From Eledone cirrhosa (Eukaryota), in NCBI GenBank assembly GCA_964016885.1, contig OZ024765.1:4712001-4776000 (forward strand): a DNA stretch of 64,000 nt. Direction: 5' to 3'. Position 1 is the stretch's first letter. Each line of letters begins with the position of its first letter. The position numbers were made by a program, and so were the translations under genes. Positions 15,070 through 28,779 of this stretch are shown one piece after another. The notes below the pieces were generated by a model. It saw nothing but the letters and a program-made list of their open reading frames with translations, was not told the DNA's origin and did no database searches.

Positions 15070-16090
15070 TCATCATCATCGTCATCATCATTTTACGTCG
15101 GCTTGTCCCTGCTTGCAAGGGTGGGAACGGGTCCTATTTCGCACAGCATCTCTCCATTTGTCACAGTACTTCGTCATCTCCTCCGTGATCTCCAGCAATT
15201 TGTAGTCTGCTCTCACCACCTCCGCCCATTGTTTTTCGTGGTTTTCCTCTACTGCGTCTTCCTTCCACTGGGATTTCTTGGCACTTCTTTACCCAGCGGT
15301 TATCCTCCATGTGCATCACATGTCCATACCATCTCAGCCTTCTCTCCCACACACCACAACTTATCCCTCTTATACACAGTTTCTCTCTCAACTCGTCTAT
15401 GCTTGGTCGTTCACGCACATTGACATTGCCCATCCAACGGAGCATGCTTGCTTCATTTCTCTCCAGCCGTCGCATATCCTCCGCAGTTGCTGCCCATGTC
15501 TCACTACCATGCAGCATCGTGCATCTCACACAGGCATCATATAACCGGCCTTTCGTACGCAGGGAGAAACCCTTCTTTGTCAACAGAGGAAGCAGCTCCC
15601 TAAACTTCTTCCAACCCGTCCTTATTCTAGATACTATGACCTCGGAACACCCCTCTCCCTTGCTAATCTGATCACCTAGGTATCGGAAGCTATCAACCAC
15701 CTCTATAGATGCTACCTGCATTTGAAAAATATGTCTATAACTGTGACTTCTACTATCAAATTTCCATGAACATCTACTGCATATGTAGTTTTCCCTACCT
15801 GTTAGTTTGCCTGCTATCCCGCTACATCTCTTGTGTACCAAAGATCTGCATTGTGTACATTCTATAGAATTTATGCCAACTCCTTTTCTACATATCGAAC
15901 ATAGCCATTTCCCTGATGGAATCAATCAGTGTTTTGTCCTCTTTCCTGCTTATCAACACTTTTGTCTTAGCTAGGTTCACTCTCAGTCCTCTTGATTCCA
16001 ACTGCTGTTTCCATAGCCAGAATTTATTCTCTAGCTCCTCTACTGATTCTGCTATAAGTACCAGATCATCAGCAGAGAGAAGTTCCCATG
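15070..16090 (-). mobile_element. 5'-truncated RTE-clade LINE (RT C-terminal part, Cys/His-rich insert, 3' tail with (GAT)n)
   Basis: WELLSADDLVLIAES (YADD-like), VNLAKTKV, CSICRKGVG..CTQC..VHKRCSG, FRYLG, LYDACVRCTMLHGSETW, RRLRWYGHV, GRRSRGKPRKT; frameshifted. Confidence 0.9.
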
Positions 16091-17054
16091 TATATATATA
16101 CATATATATGATGGAGGCACATGGCTTAGTGGTTAGAGCATTGGCCTTGCAATCGAAAGGTTGTGAGTTCAATTTTCTAGATGTTAAGGTGGGGTCTGGA
16201 GCACAAAAGGCTGGGTACCACTGGTCTATAGTCCATTTTATACGGTAATTCTTTGTTTCTTCAAATTACAAAATAAACAAATTAATGTCTAGAAAAATAT
16301 TTTAGAATAATTAATTTCCACCTGAAATTAATTTGTTTTCGTTGTAAATTTAAAATTAACAATCTGTTGTTGTTGTTGTTACTGTTGTTGTTACTGTTGT
16401 TACTGTTGTTGTTGTTACTGTTGTTGTTGTTACTGTTGTTGTTGTTACTGTTGTTGTTGTTACTGTTGTTACTGTTGTTGTTACTGTTGTTGTTGTCATT
16501 GTTGTTGTTACTGTTGTTGTTACTGTTGTTGATACTGTTGTTGCTGTCGTTGTTGTTGGTGTCATTGTTGTTGTTGTTGTTACCTCAGGGGACAATGGAA
16601 CGTCCCAGGGAACGATAGGGCTACCCCGGGGCATGATGGATCTTCCCAGGGGATGATGGGATTACCCAGGCAACAATGGTGTTACCCAGACATGATAGGA
16701 CTAGCCAGGGGATGATAGGAGTACCCAGAGAACAAGGAACCTACCCAAAGGGCCATGGGATTAGCCAGGGGTCGAATGTGACTACTCAGGATAAAATAGG
16801 TTTACCCAGGGAACAATGGAGCTACTCAGAGAGCAATATGTGTAACCAGGGGTCGATTTACGTTTGTACATGGCTGGGGTTTATGATGGTTCGAGTATTC
16901 CATGATGGTGGGGGTGGTTGTGGGGTGGGGTAGTTGTGGTGGTGGGGGTGGGGGTGATAATGACCATGATGATGATGGTGAGGAGGAGGACACAGCAGTA
17001 TAAGTAGCTGTTTTCACTAATTAGTACAATATTCTAATCTGAATATCTCACTAC

Positions 17055-20000
17055 ATATCTCTCTCTCTCCATTGGAACTCTCCAATAAATTACCACTCAC
17101 TATATCTCTCTCTCCATTGGAACTCTCCAATAAATTACCACTCACTATATCTCTCTCTCCATTGGAACTCTCCAATAAATTACTACTCACTATATCTCTC
17201 TCTCCATTGGAACTCTCCAATAAATTACCACTCACTATATCTCTCTCTCCATTGGAACTCTCCAATAAATTACCACTCACTATATCTCTCTCTCCATTGG
17301 AACTCTCCAATAAATTACCACTCACTATATCTCTCTCTCCATTGGAACTCTCCAATAAATTACCACTCCCTATATCTCTCTCTCCATTGGAACTCTCCAA
17401 TAAATTACTACTCACTATATCTCTCTCTCCATTGGAACTCTCCAATAAATTACCACTCACTATATCTCTCTCTCCATTGGAACTCTCCAATAAATTACCA
17501 CTCACTATATCTCTCTCTCCATTAGAACTCTCCAATAAATTACCACTCACTATATCTCTCTCTCCATTGGAACTCTCCAATAAATTACCACTCACTATAT
17601 CTCTCTCTCCATTGGAACTCTCCAATAAATTACCACTCACTATATCTCTCTCTCCATTGGAACTCTCCAATAAATTACCACTCACTATATCTCTCTCTCC
17701 ATTGGAACTCTCCAATAAATTACCACTCACTATATCTCTCTCTCCATTGGAACTCTCCAATAAATTACCACTCACTATATCTCTCTCTCCATTGGAACTC
17801 TCCAATAAATTACTACTCACTATATCTCTCTCTCCATTGGAACTCTCCAATAAATTACCACTCACTATATCTCTCTCTCCATTGGAACTCTCCAATAAAT
17901 TACCACTCACTACATATCTCTCTCTCCATTGGAACTCTCCAATAAATTACTACTCACTATATCTCTCTCTCCATTGGAACTCTCCAATAAATTACTACTC
18001 ACTATATCTCTCTCTCCATTGGAACTCTCCAATAAATTACCACTCACTATATCTCTCTCTCCATTGGAACTCTCCAATAAATTACCACTCACTATATCTC
18101 TCTCTCCATTGGAACTCTCCAATAAATTACTACTCACTATATCTCTCTCTCCATTGGAACTCTCCAATAAATTACCACTCACTATATCTCTCTCTCCATT
18201 GGAACTCTCCAATAAATTACCACTCACTATATCTCTCTCTCCATTGGAACTCTCCAATAAATTACCACTCACTATATCTCTCTCTCCATTGGAACTCTCC
18301 AATAAATTACCACTCACTATATCTCTCTCTCCATTGGAACTCTCCAATAAATTACCACTCACTATATCTCTCTCTCCATTGGAACTCTCCAATAAATTAC
18401 CACTCACTATATCTCTCTCTCCATTGGAACTCTCCAATAAATTACCACTCACTATATCTCTCTCTCCATTGGAACTCTCCAATAAATTACCACTCACTAT
18501 ATCTCTCTCTCCATTGGAACTCTCCAATAAATTACCACTCACTATATCTCTCTCTCCATTGGAACTCTCCAATAAATTACCACTCACTATATCTCTCTCT
18601 CCATTGGAACTCTCCAATAAATTACTACTCACTATATCTCTCTCTCCATTGGAACTCTCCAATAAATTACCACTCACTATATCTCTCTCTCCATTGGAAC
18701 TCTCCAATAAATTACCACTCACTATATCTCTCTCTCCATTGGAACTCTCCAATAAATTACCACTCACTATATCTCTCTCTCCATTGGAACTCTCCAATAA
18801 ATTACCACTCACTATATCTCTCTCTCCATTGGAACTCTCCAATAAATTACTACTCACTATATCTCTCTCTCCATTGGAACTCTCCAATAAATTACCACTC
18901 ACTATATCTCTCTCTCCATTGGAACTCTCCAATAAATTACCACTCACTATATCTCTCTCTCCATTGGAACTCTCCAATAAATTACCACTCACTATATCTC
19001 TCTCTCCATTGGAACTCTCCAATAAATTACCACTCACTATATCTCTCTCTCCATTGGAACTCTCCAATAAATTACTACTCACTATATCTCTCTCTCCATT
19101 GGAACTCTCCAATAAATTACCACTCACTATATCTCTCTCTCCATTGGAACTCTCCAATAAATTACCACTCACTATATCTCTCTCTCCATTGGAACTCTCC
19201 AATAAATTACCACTCACTATATCTCTCTCTCCATTGGAACTCTCCAATAAATTACCACTCACTATATCTCTCTCTCCATTGGAACTCTCCAATAAATTAC
19301 CACTCACTATATCTCTCTCTCCATTGGAACTCTCCAATAAATTACCACTCACTATATCTCTCTCTCCATTGGAACTCTCCAATAAATTACCACTCACTAT
19401 ATCTCTCTCTCCATTGGAACTCTCCAATAAATTACCACTCACTATATCTCTCTCTCCATTGGAACTCTCCAATAAATTACCACTCACTATATCTCTCTCT
19501 CCATTGGAACTCTCCAATAAATTACCACTCACTATATCTCTCTCTCCATTGGAACTCTCCAATAAATTACCACTCACTATATCTCTCTCTCCATTGGAAC
19601 TCTCCAATAAATTACCACTCACTATATCTCTCTCTCCATTGGAACTCTCCAATAAATTACCACTCACTATATCTCTCTCTCCATTGGAACTCTCCAATAA
19701 ATTACCACTCACTATATCTCTCTCTCCATTGGAACTCTCCAATAAATTACTACTCACTATATCTCTCTCTCCATTGGAACTCTCCAATAAATTACCACTC
19801 ACTATATCTCTCTCTCCATTGGAACTCTCCAATAAATTACCACTCACTATATCTCTCTCTCCATTGGAACTCTCCAATAAATTACCACTCACTATATCTC
19901 TCTCTCCATTGGAACTCTCCAATAAATTACCACTCACTATATCTCTCTCTCCATTGGAACTCTCCAATAAATTACTACTCACTATATCTCTCTCTCCATT

Positions 20001-21052
20001 GGAACTCTCCAATAAATTACTACTCACTATATCTCTCTCTCCATTGGAACTCTCCAATAAATTACTACTCACTATATCTCTCTCTCCATTGGAACTCTCC
20101 AATAAATTACCACTCACTATATCTCTCTCTCCATTGGAACTCTCCAATAAATTACCACTCACTATATCTCTCTCTCCATTGGAACTCTCCAATAAATTAC
20201 TACTCACTATATCTCTCTCTCCATTGGAACTCTCCAATAAATTACTACTCACTATATCTCTCTCTCCATTGGAACTCTCCAATAAATTACTACTCACTAT
20301 ATCTCTCTCTCCATTGGAACTCTCCAATAAATTACTACTCACTATATCTCTCTCTCCATTGGAACTCTCCAATAAATTACCACTCACTATATCTCTCTCT
20401 CCATTGGAACTCTCCAATAAATTACTACTCACTATATCTCTCTCTCCATTGGAACTCTCCAATAAATTACTACTCACTATATCTCTCTCTCCATTGGAAC
20501 TCTCCAATAAATTACCACTCACTATATCTCTCCATTGGAACTCTCCAATAAATTACCACTCACTATATCTCTCTCTCCATTGGAACTCTCCAATAAATTA
20601 CCACTCACTATATCTCTCTCTCCATTGGAACTCTCCAATAAATTACTACTCACTATATCTCTCTCTCCATTGGAACTCTCCAATAAATTACCACTCACTA
20701 TATCTCTCTCTCCATTGGAACTCTCCAATAAATTACTACTCACTATATCTCTCTCTCCATTGGAACTCTCCAATAAATTACCACTCACTATATCTCTCTC
20801 TCCATTGGAACTCTCCAATAAATTACCACTCACTATATCTCTCTCTCCATTGGAACTCTCCAATAAATTACTACTCACTATATCTCTCTCTCCATTGGAA
20901 CTCTCCAATAAATTACTACTCACTATATCTCTCTCTCCATTGGAACTCTCCAATAAATTACCACTCACTATATCTCTCTCTCCATTGGAACTCTCCAATA
21001 AATTACCACTCACTATATCTCTCTCTCCATTGGAACTCTCCAATAAATTACT
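17055..21052. repeat. 45-bp minisatellite, about 89 nearly identical copies
   Basis: Unit CCATTGGAACTCTCCAATAAATTAC(C/T)ACTCACTATATCTCTCTCT. Confidence 0.97.
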
Positions 21053-21196
21053 AGGAAGATGGGCGTCTCTCAGCAATAGAGGCAATTCAACAGAGTTGCA
21101 TGTTACAGGACAATAACATTTATCTTATTTTATTTCTACCAGGAAATTCTTGAGAGAGACCCGAATAAAGTATTTATATAGCTGTGTGTATATACA

Positions 21197-21316
<120 letters not shown>

Positions 21317-21405
21317 ATTCAAAATACGTTTTTTTTGTGTGTTTAGTTCTATATATTATATTATATGTACTGGGTAATTGCTGGCCTTGTGCCAAAAGTA
21401 GAAAC

Positions 21406-21488
<83 letters not shown>

Positions 21489-22392
21489 CACACACACACA
21501 CTCATATATATATATTTATATACATGCACACTCACACACACTCATATATATATATATTTATATACACACACATGCACACTCACACACACTCATATATATA
21601 TATATTTATATACACACATGCACACTCACGCACACTCACACACACTCACACACACTCATATATATATATATTTATATACACACACATGCACACTCACGCA
21701 CACTCACACACACTCATATATATATATATATTTATATACATGCACACTCACACACACATATACACATATATATATATATATAAACATTGTTGTCTTGAAA
21801 ACCGAGACGAAGTGTGAGTGTATTTGAAATTCACAGAAATAATTAGAAAACTCGAAACACCCAAATGACATCAATGATGGCATGTAAGTCTTCAGGGACC
21901 TCAAAGGACAGAGGCCATCAATGATGGCATGTAAGTCTTCAGGGACCTCAAAGGACAGAGGCCATCAATGATGGCATGTAAGTTTTCGGGGACCTCAAAG
22001 GACAGAGATCAGTGGCCAGTGATTAGTAAACAGAAAAGTAAAGCAGTGTCATGGATGATAGATAGATGAAGTATAGAAAAGATTAACCTTTTAGCATTTA
22101 AACCGGCTGTATCCAGCCAGAATTCTCTCACTTCTTTCTGTTCAAACCGGCTGTAACTGGCCGCTCATACTTATGTTAAGGTATTGTCCTCAAAATAAAT
22201 AATTATTTCTACGTTAGGCACAAGGCCAGCAATTACCCAGTGTATTACTGGTACTTTATTTTATCGACCCCGTAAAGATTAAAGGCAAAGTTAACCTTGG
22301 CAGGATTTGAACTCAGATCATAAAGGGCCATAACTCTATGCTGAAAAGCAAGGTGTCCGACCCTCTACTGATACTGCCAATCTACCACCCTA

Positions 22393-22423
<31 letters not shown>

Positions 22424-22424
<1 letters not shown>

Positions 22425-22637
22425 TTCTAGTATAGGCACAAGGCCAGTAATTTGAGGGGAGGGGAAAGTCAATTAAATCGACCCCAGTGCATTACTGGTA
22501 CTTTATTTTATCGACCCCATGAGGATGAAAGGCAAAGTTAACCTCGGCGGGATTTGAACTCAGATCATAAAGGGCCGTAACTCTATGCTGCAAAGCATGG
22601 CGTCCGACTCCCTACCGATACTGCCAATCCACCGCCC
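22424..22637 (-). mobile_element. Second SINE family (GCCTTTCATCCT..GGGGTCGATAAAATAAAGTACC domain); more than 12 copies, e.g. near 3240, 11700, 12725, 22205, 26490, 28205, 29548, 36035, 40447, 43080, 44160, 49525, 60730
   Basis: Head GGCGGTGGATTGGCAG, B box GAGTTCAAATCC, simple-repeat tail, 16-18 bp target duplications at some copies. Central block resembles the Meta-type SINE domain (from recall). Confidence 0.82.
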
Positions 22638-23090
22638 TTAATTTGTATTTATAATTTAATTTATATTTATAATAATGGTTTGTTATATAGGCACAAGGCC
22701 TGCAATTTGGGGGAACCTAAAGTGCCAAAACTCTATGCTGCAAAGCATGGCGTCTGACTCCCTACCAATACTGCCAATCCACCGCCCTTAATTTGTATTT
22801 ATAATTTAATTTATATTTATAATAATGGTTTGTTATATAGGCACAAGGCCTGCAATTTGGGGGAACCTAAAGTGCCATAACTCTATGCTGCAAAGCATGG
22901 CGTCCGACTCCCTACCAATACTGCCAATCCACCGCCCTTAATTTGTATTTATAATTTAATTTATATTTATAATAATGGTTTGTTATATAGGCACAAGGCC
23001 TGCAATTTGGGGGAACCTAAAGTGCCATAACTCTATGCTGCAAAGCATGGCGTCCGACCCTCTACCGATACTGCCAATCCACCGCCCTTA
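22580..23090. repeat. 150-bp tandem repeat (about 3.3 copies) of SINE pieces
   Basis: CTGCCAATCC recurs at 22621, 22771, 22921, 23071. Confidence 0.9.
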
Positions 23091-24083
23091 TAATAATGAT
23101 AATAAAAATAATAATGATAATAACGATAATCATTATTTTAAGTAAATCTGTATTCAGCTGATGTGCAGTTCAGAAAGTCGTTTCCTTCCTTTCTCCCTGA
23201 AAAATCTCTCAGAAGATATCTAATGTTCATAATTAAAATGTACTTTGTTGTATCTGCTAGACTGGCTGTCTATTTGGAACAAAACTAGAGAGTGGAATTA
23301 GTCAACCTTTCTTGTTTTGGTTATACCCTACACCAGATAAAATTAGGAACTTGCTAGAGCCAAACTAGAATTTCAACAAATGCTTAAAAGGGAAAAATAT
23401 TTGAATATTTTTATATTCTTTTTCCATTATTTTTTGTGTGTTTTTCTTTAAAAAAAATTTTTTTATTGTATTTTTAATTTTTTTAATTTAATTTTTTAAG
23501 AATCCTTAGGAAGAATGAATATCTCAGTTCAGTTCGCATAAATGGAATTTTAATTTGATCGCGATTAATAATGTTTTCCTTTTGCTTTGCTATTTTTTTC
23601 TTTTTCTATTTTTTTTGAGAACCTTACAATATCTTTTCATAGAGAATATCTTTACTTGAGCAATCCTGCTGTATCAATGCAGCAAATTAACTGCAAACAT
23701 TTCAAATATAAATATTCACTAACAATCAAGCCAGTCACTAAACAAATACAAGAATTCAATGGATTCTAGTCATGTACCAAACAAACAAAAACAATTTCTA
23801 AACAACGATATGCTGGATTTTCCATTTTGGTCTTTCATATTCACAATAATTTTAAAATGCTGCTGAATAAAGTTAGATTTTTCTCATCCATAATACATAA
23901 AAATACGTTGACGTTCGTTAATCATAATTAGGAATTGTTGAGAGACAAAGAACATAGGATTAATTTTAGATTTTTATTGAGTTCTTCAAAATCATTGGCT
24001 GTGTATCTGGTTTAGATACACTATATCTCAACATGTTATTGGATGTGAGAAAAATGGTTGATATATATATATGTATACATATA

Positions 24084-24124
<41 letters not shown>

Positions 24125-24130
24125 GTATAC

Positions 24131-24205
<75 letters not shown>

Positions 24206-24246
24206 GAAAATAAAACAAAGAAGCCTTCAATACATCAAAAGTCTTT

Positions 24247-24291
24247 ATTAGCCAACAATGTTTCGTCCTATTAAGGACTCATCAGGGCAAT
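24247..24291 (-). ncRNA. Minimal type I hammerhead ribozyme motif, core intact
   Basis: Minus strand AUUGCC-CUGAUGA-GUCC UUAAUA GGAC-GAAAC-AUU-GUU|GGCUAAU: both core boxes, perfect 4-bp stem II, short near-palindromic stem III, stem I GCC/GGC extendable across a bulge. Confidence 0.8.
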
Positions 24292-24428
24292 CAAAACTAC
24301 AAGAAGCACTATCGGTCAATACAAGCCGAAAACTCCGAAGAATATGGAGTGTACATATGGAGTGTATATTTCATTTCTATAATACGAAGAGGGTGTTTAA
24401 CTCCAACACGCTCCAGTATTTTAATCCT

Positions 24429-24463
<35 letters not shown>

Positions 24464-24465
24464 AT

Positions 24466-25160
24466 ATCATCATCATCGTCCTCATCCATCCACTTTTCCC
24501 CACTTGCAAGGGTGGGACAGGTCCTATTCAGCACAGCATCTCTCCACTTCTCACGGTCCTTCGTCATCTCCTCTGTGAGCTTCAGCAACCTGAGGTCACT
24601 CCTCACCACCTCCGACCATGTTTTCCATGGTCTTCCTCTACTGCTTCTTCCTTCCACTGGTATTTCTTGGCACTTCTTCACCCACCAGTCATCTTCCACG
24701 CACATCACATGTCCATACTAATGCAGTCTCCTCTCTCGCACACTACAGCCTATCCCTCTTATACACAGTTTCCCTCTCAACTCATCCATGCTTGGTCGTT
24801 CACGCACATTGACATTACACATCCAATGGAGCATGCTTGCTTCATTTCTCTCCAGCCATCGCATATCCTCCACAGTTGCTGCCCATGTCTCATTTACTAC
24901 CATGCAGCATCTCACACAAGCATCATATAACCGACCGTTCGCTGTCAACAGAGGAAACAACTCCCTAAACGTCTTCCACCCTGTCCTTATTCTAGATATT
25001 ATGGCATTGGAGCATCCTCCTCCCTAGCTAATCTGATCACCTAGGTATCGGAAGCTATCAACCTGCTTTATAGATCCTACCTGCATTTGAAAAATGTGCA
25101 TATCACTAACACTTGTATCAAATTTCTCTGAACATCTACTGCATATGTAGTTTTCCCCTA
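24466..25160 (-). mobile_element. Second, shorter copy of the same RTE LINE 3' end
   Basis: Aligns by eye to 15070-15800 (RLYDACVRC..ETWAATVEDMR..GRSSRGRPWKTW); internal deletions and stops. Confidence 0.88.
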
Positions 25161-25161
25161 T

Positions 25162-25211
<50 letters not shown>

Positions 25212-25229
25212 GGTTGTGTAGTTTTCCCT

Positions 25230-25275
<46 letters not shown>

Positions 25276-25284
25276 TCATCATCA

Positions 25285-25619
25285 TCATCATTTCATTTTA
25301 CGTCCGCTTTTCCCTGCTTGCAAGGGTGGGACGGGAATTGATTCTGGCATGATTTCTACAGCTGGATGCCCTTCCTAACACCAACCTCATTTACAGTGAG
25401 TGCTGGGTGCTTTTTTGCCGTGGCACCTCCACGACCACTTTGCAGTGGAATGATAGGGACCCCAGTCCCTATCATCTCATTTCTACAGCTGAGTAAACTG
25501 GAGCAATGTGAAATAAAGTCTCTTGCTCAAGGAAACAACACATCACCCAGTCTGAGAATTGAACTCACAACCTTTCGATTGCAAGGCCAATGCTCTAACC
25601 ACTAAGCCATATGCCTCCA

Positions 25620-25620
<1 letters not shown>
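25285..25620 (-). mobile_element. Full-length tRNA-derived SINE (copy of 2900-3237)
   Basis: Colinear high identity with 2900-3237. Confidence 0.85.
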
Positions 25621-25674
<54 letters not shown>

Positions 25675-26344
25675 GGTCGTGTAGTTTTTTGTAGTGTGTG
25701 CAGTGAAGGTGCATGGTTTAGTGGTTAGGGCATCATGCTTGAAATCGTGAGGTTGTGAGTTCGATTCTCAAACTGGGCTTTGCAATGTGTGTTCTTGAGC
25801 AAAACACTTCATTTCACATTGCTCCAGTATACTCAGCTGAAAATGAATACCAGCAATAACTGGGGGTTTAACCCTGTGGTGGACTGGTGTCCTGTCCAGG
25901 GGGAGTCTTGTACTCTCAGTTGCTTAACGTGATGGAAAGCGAGATATGCACTAGGCTTATGAGCCTTTGGGTTTGTGACAGACTTATTGATTGAACATCT
26001 CCTCTCTGGACCACTTCTGGGTCAGGGATTTTATCCTGCCATTTGATTTTCACAGTGATCTGTCCCCTAGTAAAGATACTATAAACATTTAGATTATCAA
26101 TGCCATTTTTAGGTATTTTCTTCTAAAACTATTACAGGATAGTAAGAAATCAATATTTTAAAGAATATTTATTCACAAGCGAGACCAGTCAAGCTCATAG
26201 ATCTACCCCTATATCTCCTGCTGGTAAAAATATATCCAGTGATTCTTTCCTGAGACATTCTAACCACATGTCCATAATATCAGAGCTGTGATCTCTTAGT
26301 TCAGAGAAGTAGCAGCTCTACTTGGAGTGACACTCTAAGCTACA

Positions 26345-26471
26345 TACTCTATTGAGGACGCACCCTAATTTTGACAACCAAAAATTTGAAAAAAAATAAT
26401 AAACAAACTTCAGTCTCCAGGTCACATGGTAGATCTTTGAAACTTATTTTTTGACGCCGGGAAATACGGTA
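26345..26471 (-). mobile_element. pogo/Tigger-like terminal fragment; similar end near 42351
   Basis: Minus strand TA|CCGTATTTCCCGGCG terminus and GGACGCACCC internal motif. Confidence 0.45.
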
Positions 26472-27233
26472 TATAAAAAAATTATTGTTATTGTGGATTG
26501 GCAGCATCAGTAAAAGGTCGGACGCCATGCTTTCCAGCATAGTTACGTCCCTTTACGATCTGAGTTCAAATCCCGCCGAGGTTGACTTTGCCTTTCATCC
26601 TTACGGGGTCGATAAAATAAAGTACCAGTAATGCACTGGGTAATTGCTGGCCTTGTGCCTAAAGTAGAAACAGTTTTTATTTTATTATATCTATTTACAG
26701 AATGTATACCCACGAAAATATATCTTGGATTATTTTTTATTTTTTGATTCTGTGTTTACAGAATTTGTAAAATACCCACAAAAATATATTTTAAAATATA
26801 TTTTATTTCGTAAAATTGTAGGAATCTCAAACACAGAAATAACTGTAATACAGCCAGTTGATAGGATGATTGCAACAAAGAGTCTGGTTTTGCTATGATC
26901 ATCATAGTAGCTGGCTGTTTTACACCTATTTATGTGTTTGAGATTCTTACAATTTTATAAAAGACTAGACCACCTGTTGGGTCATATTCACTTCAAAATA
27001 TTTTTTTTAAATCATGTTCAGTTAAAAATAATTTTTAAATAATTAAAATATTCACAGACATGTATATATATAATGTGAAATGTAACTAGAAGGCCCATAT
27101 ATATATACATGTGTGTATGTATATATATATAAATATGTGTGTGTATACATATATATATATATGTGTGTGTGTATATATTTATATATATATATATATGGGT
27201 GTCTGATTTATATACACTGGTCATAGACACACT

Positions 27234-27293
<60 letters not shown>

Positions 27294-27416
27294 ACAACAC
27301 CACCAGCTCTCTCTCTATCTCTCTCTCTTCCATTCTCCTTCTCTGTCTACTTCTCTCCCTCTTTCTATATGTCTCTTTCAATCTACTCTCTCTCTACCAC
27401 TATCTCTCTCTCTCTA

Positions 27417-27485
<69 letters not shown>

Positions 27486-27489
27486 TTAT

Positions 27490-27679
27490 GAAGTAATCCA
27501 GAAAACCCCATATCTAGGGAACCCGTGGTCCGATTTACACAAAACTTATTTTATTCCATTTGTATCCCCATTCCAGGGTCAACTTCCTTTCAAAGTATTT
27601 TCCCAGTATGCGCCCGTTTGGCTGTATTACATAACAGACAAGCAAGCAAGCAATCACAGAGTTTTAGTATTCTATAGAT
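27490..27679 (-). mobile_element. Possible Helitron 5' end fragment
   Basis: Minus strand starts A|TCTATAGAATACTAAAA, then a short tetranucleotide repeat; pattern recognition only. Confidence 0.4.
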
Positions 27680-27878
27680 TTACACACTCAATGCTCGAAG
27701 TCATTTCATATCATGTTGTTTCTAGATATATTTTCTTTTATTTATGTCTAACCCATGCTAGCATGGAAGATAGACGTTAAACGATGATGATGATGATATG
27801 TGTTAACAGAATTTGTATGTTACCCACAAAAATATATTTAAAAAATTTTAATTTATTTCTTTACTTTTGTGTTTTCAG

Positions 27879-28160
27879 AATTTGTTCGCTACCCACAAAA
27901 CGCTGTCGTGGACATTGCTCAGCCTTCATTCACACTAAGCTGCCTTGCAAAATCCTCCTGGAACCACAAGCTTCACTACGAATGGACGTTGAATGGACAT
28001 GCTGTACGTAGGCAACCTAACAATGAAGTTCCAAAAGGCCCTACACTGGTCCTACATAATATCCGGCACGGTGATTACGGCTGGTATCAATGCATCGTCA
28101 CTGATCCAGTGAAATCTGAAGAGAAAGTCGTTTCTCCAAAAGCGTACGTCATTCAACCGT
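27879..28160 (+). CDS. Exon encoding Ig-like domain A of an IgSF cell-surface/adhesion protein
   Basis: Polypyrimidine tract + TTTTCAG acceptor, T|GTAAGT donor, 282 nt phase 1-1 exon. Translates EFVRYPQNAVV..FTLSCLA..YEWTLNG..TLVLHNIRHGDYGWYQCIV..AYVIQP with Ig C, W and DxGxYxC motifs. Confidence 0.93.
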
Positions 28161-28779
28161 GTAAGTATAATATTATTATTATTATTATTTTTTATTATTA
28201 TTCTTTGCCTTTCATCCTTCCGGGGTCGATAAAATAAAGTACCAGTAATGCACTGGGTAATTGCTGGCCTTGTGCCAAAATTAGAAACAATTATTATTAT
28301 TATTATGGGGTCTATAAAATAAAGTACCAGTAATGCACTGCGGTCGATTTAATCGACTTTCCCCTCTCCCCAAATTGCTGGCCTTGTGCCTATAGTAGAA
28401 ATCATTATTATTATTATTATTCTTTGAGTCTCAGTCATTGATGTTATTTAACTGGAAAGTTTGTGCAAATGAACATCAAGCCGTTATTTATGAACTAAAT
28501 TTCGAAGCTGTTGATTAAATATATTTTATTGCTTATTTCAAGATTCACTTCTTTTATTTTCAAATGTCAATACTTCTGGTTATGATATAACACGCTATAT
28601 CATATCACTTATATAAACATTCGTATATTTGCATCGTTATATAATGTTTTTACTTCTGTTGCTAATTTTCTCCTTTTTTGTTTTCATTACATTTCCCTGT
28701 AATGCAGTTTATATATAATATCGTCTTTTTTAAATGTATCATGGATTACTTTACTGATTACATAAGACAGTGTAACATA

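Noticed and set aside
17017-21116. ORFs of 870-1159 aa
   Set aside because: Translations of the 45-bp satellite, open in several frames and on both strands, with no flanking gene structure.
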